Source: Bacilli bacterium
GTDB lineage: Bacteria > Bacillota_I > Bacilli_A > RF39 > UBA660
Direction of reading: 5' to 3'
Assembly (NCBI GenBank): GCA_030602345.1
Contig: JAUVZX010000002.1
Span: forward strand, 71,049-135,048
DNA length: 64,000 nucleotides
A program made the translations under genes and the position numbers. Below are positions 61,031-64,000 of this stretch, piece after piece. The notes under the pieces were generated by a model that was not told the DNA's origin, did no database searches, and saw only the letters and a program-made list of their open reading frames with translations. Positions within the stretch are counted from its first letter, which is position 1. Each line of letters opens with the position of its first letter.

Positions 61031-61654
61031 ATGAGTAAAAATAAAATGATTGAGCTAGAGTGTCTCTTTTGCAAAGAAAAAGGGAACTATCTTCTTTGGG
61101 ATTCAATAAATGTAACAGTTGATCCACAGATAAAGGAAAAAGCATTAAATCTAAGTCTTTTTGACTATAAATGTGAAAAATGCAATTCTATATCAAGAGT
61201 AAATCACGATTCTTTATATCACGATATGGATAATAAGTTTATGGTTTATCTATTGGAAGACCAAAGCGAAGCAGCAGTTAAAAAGCTAAATGAAGCGATG
61301 ATTGTTTCATCTGAATATCACTTTCGCTTAGTAGATGATCATAACCAAATGAAAGAAAAAATTCACATTTTGGAGAGCAAACTTAATGATGCAACTATTG
61401 AATTAGTAAAATCTCAAATATTTAAAGATTTTACTCAAGAGGAAAAAGCAAATATGATTGGTTTTTATTTTTTAGAAAAGCATGAAGACGGATTAGTGTT
61501 TATCGTTGTAAATAAAGATAATAATCAATCTATCAAACTTCCAATTAGTTTTTATGATGGAATTAATAGATTAGTTTCGGACATAGAAAAAAATATTTTT
61601 GTTAAAGTAGATAGCAAAACGGCTATTCACTATGTGAATAATCTTGAAAATTAA
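61031..61654 (+). CDS. Hypothetical protein with N-terminal CxxC pairs (CpXC-like)
   Basis: CLFCKEKG...CEKCNS Zn-ribbon-like N-terminus; 207 aa. Confidence 0.3.
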   Translation: MSKNKMIELECLFCKEKGNYLLWDSINVTVDPQIKEKALNLSLFDYKCEKCNSISRVNHDSLYHDMDNKFMVYLLEDQSEAAVKKLNEAMIVSSEYHFRLVDDHNQMKEKIHILESKLNDATIELVKSQIFKDFTQEEKANMIGFYFLEKHEDGLVFIVVNKDNNQSIKLPISFYDGINRLVSDIEKNIFVKVDSKTAIHYVNNLEN

Positions 61655-61694
61655 GAAAATAAATGTTAAACTATAAATAGTAGGAGAAAAGAAT

Positions 61695-62198
61695 ATGGAT
61701 ATTATGGAAATTTTTAATGAATATACTTGGCAAATAATAGTTGCTTTAGTTGTTGTAGTTATGGCGATAATTGGTTTCATCGCTGATAAAACTGATTTTG
61801 GCAAGAAAGAAGCGATAAAAAAAGAGAAGAAAGTAAAACAAAAAGAAGAAAAAGTGGTTATTGAACCAAAACAAGAAAAACCAATTGAAGATGTTTTTGT
61901 TGAAGAACTACAAATGGAAGAAGAAAAACCTTTAGATACTATAATCGTAGAAGAGTTACACGATGAAACAAAACCATTGCACGAAATAATTGAAGAAGAA
62001 AAAGTTTTTGATTATAATACCGAACTAGAAGATATGTTACATGAACCGGGCGGATTGGAAGAGATAACTATCGAAGAGCCAATTTTAGAAGAAGTAAAAG
62101 ATTCGTCAATAGAAGAAGTTGCTTTGGAAGAAGAAAAGCCATTAGAAGAACCTAAAATCGAAGAAACTTTAGATGAAGAAAACATTTGGAAATTTTAG
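61695..62198 (+). CDS. Membrane-anchored acidic repeat protein
   Basis: N-terminal TM segment, a Lys-rich linker, then degenerate EE-rich repeats (VEELQMEEEKPL / VEELHDETKPL / EEPILEEV / ALEEEKPLEEP). Confidence 0.4.
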   Translation: MDIMEIFNEYTWQIIVALVVVVMAIIGFIADKTDFGKKEAIKKEKKVKQKEEKVVIEPKQEKPIEDVFVEELQMEEEKPLDTIIVEELHDETKPLHEIIEEEKVFDYNTELEDMLHEPGGLEEITIEEPILEEVKDSSIEEVALEEEKPLEEPKIEETLDEENIWKF

Positions 62199-62259
62199 AA
62201 CCTTATAAGGTTCTTTTATTTTTGATTTTAACTATGATATAATATTTTTGGAGGCAAAT

Positions 62260-63078
62260 ATGACGTTTGATGAATTAATTTTGTTATTTAGAAAACTAGC
62301 CGATGTTTTATTGGTTTGGTTTATGATTTATTTTGTATTAAAAAGTTTGAGAAAAAACTTAAAGATGGTTCTTTTATTTAAAGGAATTTTATTTTTAGTG
62401 GTTTTGAAGGTAATAAGTGATCTTTTAAACTTAGTTACAGTAGGATTTTTATTAAATTACGTAATTATGTGGGGACCACTAGCTTTAATAATTATATTTC
62501 AACCTGAAATAAGAAATGTGCTTGAACAATTGGGAAGAAGTCAATTGTTGGGAAGGCATAAAGTTTTAACGGTTGATGAGAGAGAAAAACTAGTTTATGA
62601 AGTTATTCAGAGTGTTGAATACTTAAAGAGAAATAGAGTTGGTGCTTTGATAGTATTTGAAAGAGATCAAAGTTTAAGTGAATATATTGAAAAAAGTAAG
62701 AAAATATATGCCGACATTTCTTCAGAGCTATTAATATCAATCTTTTTCCCTAATAATCCATTGCATGATGGTGGAGTAATTATTCAAGGAGATAAAATAA
62801 CAAGTGCTGGCGCTGTGTTCCCAACAAGTGATAGTGTTAGAATAAGCAAGAGATTAGGAACTAGACATCGCGCGGCTTTAGGTATTTCAGAGGCAACCGA
62901 TTCAATTGCTCTGGTTGTATCTGAGGAAACCGGAAGAATTTCAATCGCAATTTCTGGAGAATTACATTATAATTTAAGCATCGATGAAATGAAACTTTTA
63001 ATTTTAGAGGAATTGAGACCCAAAAAAGTTGTAGCAGTTGACGAAGAGGAGAATGAAGATGAAAAAGTTGCTGAATAA
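62260..63078 (+). CDS. cdaA: Diadenylate cyclase CdaA
   Basis: Three N-terminal TM helices plus the DAC domain GALIVFERD..., HDGGVIIQGDKI, GTRHRAALGISE. Confidence 0.85.
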   Translation: MTFDELILLFRKLADVLLVWFMIYFVLKSLRKNLKMVLLFKGILFLVVLKVISDLLNLVTVGFLLNYVIMWGPLALIIIFQPEIRNVLEQLGRSQLLGRHKVLTVDEREKLVYEVIQSVEYLKRNRVGALIVFERDQSLSEYIEKSKKIYADISSELLISIFFPNNPLHDGGVIIQGDKITSAGAVFPTSDSVRISKRLGTRHRAALGISEATDSIALVVSEETGRISIAISGELHYNLSIDEMKLLILEELRPKKVVAVDEEENEDEKVAE

Positions 63079-64000
63079 TATTAATTCATTCTTTAATCAA
63101 TTATTGAAACAATTGGACAAAAAAATAATTGTCCCCGTTACTAAGTTTGTAATGTCTTTTTATGAAAAATACTCTGGATCGGGGAAACAATTTGAAAATT
63201 GGCTTTCTAAAGCTAATACATTATTATTTATATCGTTATTCTTAGCTTTTTTCACATTTATAATTGTTGATCAAAAAATTATAACTTTTACTGAAAGTTC
63301 AGCAGAAGTTTTAAAAGATCAAAAAGTAACAGCAATATTTAATGAAGAAGCCTATGTTGTAGAAGGGTTGCCAGAAATAGTTGACGTAACTCTTATAGGG
63401 AATAGAGCAGATTTGTATTTTGCAAAACAATCACCTGCCAGTGATATTATCGTTGATTTAAGTGGATTGAAACCCGGGACACACCGTGTTACCATAAAAT
63501 ATAGTCAAGCTTTACCAAGTATTGATTATAAGGTTAATCCATCGGTGGCAACTGTAATAATATATCCAAAATTATCTGAAACAAAAACTGTGGCAGTTGA
63601 TGTTTTAAATAAAGATAAATTAGATAGTAAATTTATTATTACTAATGTAGGAATTGATAATGACAAAGTAGTTATTAAGGGTGCTGAACATCAACTTGCA
63701 AAAGTAGCAAGCGTCAAGGCATTAGTGGACATAAATAATTTAGTTAGACAAGAAATTGGGAATACGGTTATTAGAGACGTACCATTAAGAGCGTATGATC
63801 AATCTGGTAATGTAGTAAATATAGAAATAGTTCCTGAAAAGATAGATGTTAACTTAGATATTGCATCACCTAGTAAAGATGTACCAATAAGAATTGTTCC
63901 TGTTGGTAATGTTTCTTTCGGTAAGGCGATAAGCTCTATAACTTCTAATGTTACAAGCGTAACCATTTATGGTGAAGAGGCGGCTCTATCAGCAATTAAC
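63053..64000 (+). CDS. cdaR: CdaA regulatory protein CdaR (YbbR-like), 3'-truncated by window end
   Basis: It overlaps the cdaA stop; an N-terminal TM segment and YbbR-like repeats. The ORF continues to the window edge. Confidence 0.65.
   Translation, partial: MKMKKLLNNINSFFNQLLKQLDKKIIVPVTKFVMSFYEKYSGSGKQFENWLSKANTLLFISLFLAFFTFIIVDQKIITFTESSAEVLKDQKVTAIFNEEAYVVEGLPEIVDVTLIGNRADLYFAKQSPASDIIVDLSGLKPGTHRVTIKYSQALPSIDYKVNPSVATVIIYPKLSETKTVAVDVLNKDKLDSKFIITNVGIDNDKVVIKGAEHQLAKVASVKALVDINNLVRQEIGNTVIRDVPLRAYDQSGNVVNIEIVPEKIDVNLDIASPSKDVPIRIVPVGNVSFGKAISSITSNVTSVTIYGEEAALSAIN

Overview
This is a low-GC (about 28% by eye), Firmicutes-like chromosomal segment, possibly Erysipelotrichia/Bacilli-related; I cannot assign taxonomy without a search. 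Positions 1-14.6 kb and 30.4-64 kb are core housekeeping. Core genes called: yvcK-whiA, rplI-dnaB, an M23 peptidase, rlmH, fba, murA, rpmE, rpiB, mreB, a WecA/TagO-like GT4, a pflA plus frameshifted pflB pair, cshA, an LD-carboxypeptidase, FemAB, trpS, a T-box-controlled class-I aaRS (probably valS), tgt-queA, hpf, secA, trmL and cdaA-cdaR. A tRNA-His(GTG) gene sits at 14511-14587. It is followed by an accessory island of roughly 14 kb (14.6-28.4 kb, possibly extending to 30.4 kb). The island carries a Rep-like HUH protein with adjacent iterons and an XRE regulator. It has a Type II C5-methyltransferase convergent with a candidate restriction enzyme. It has a three-gene macro-domain / Xis-type HTH / caspase-like (C14) module. 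It has a small and a large serine recombinase separated by a phased A-tract repeat array. A 497-aa PD-(D/E)xK-like protein and Zn-ribbon and lipoprotein cargo complete it. A degenerate copy of the tRNA-His 3' half at about 28345-28390 suggests integration at the tRNA 3' end. The candidate new system is the macro-HTH-caspase module, in which the caspase-like protein has an uncharacterised 320-aa C-terminal domain. The 497-aa nuclease-like protein next to the large serine recombinase is a second candidate. All calls come from reading motifs in the supplied translations; no searches were run.
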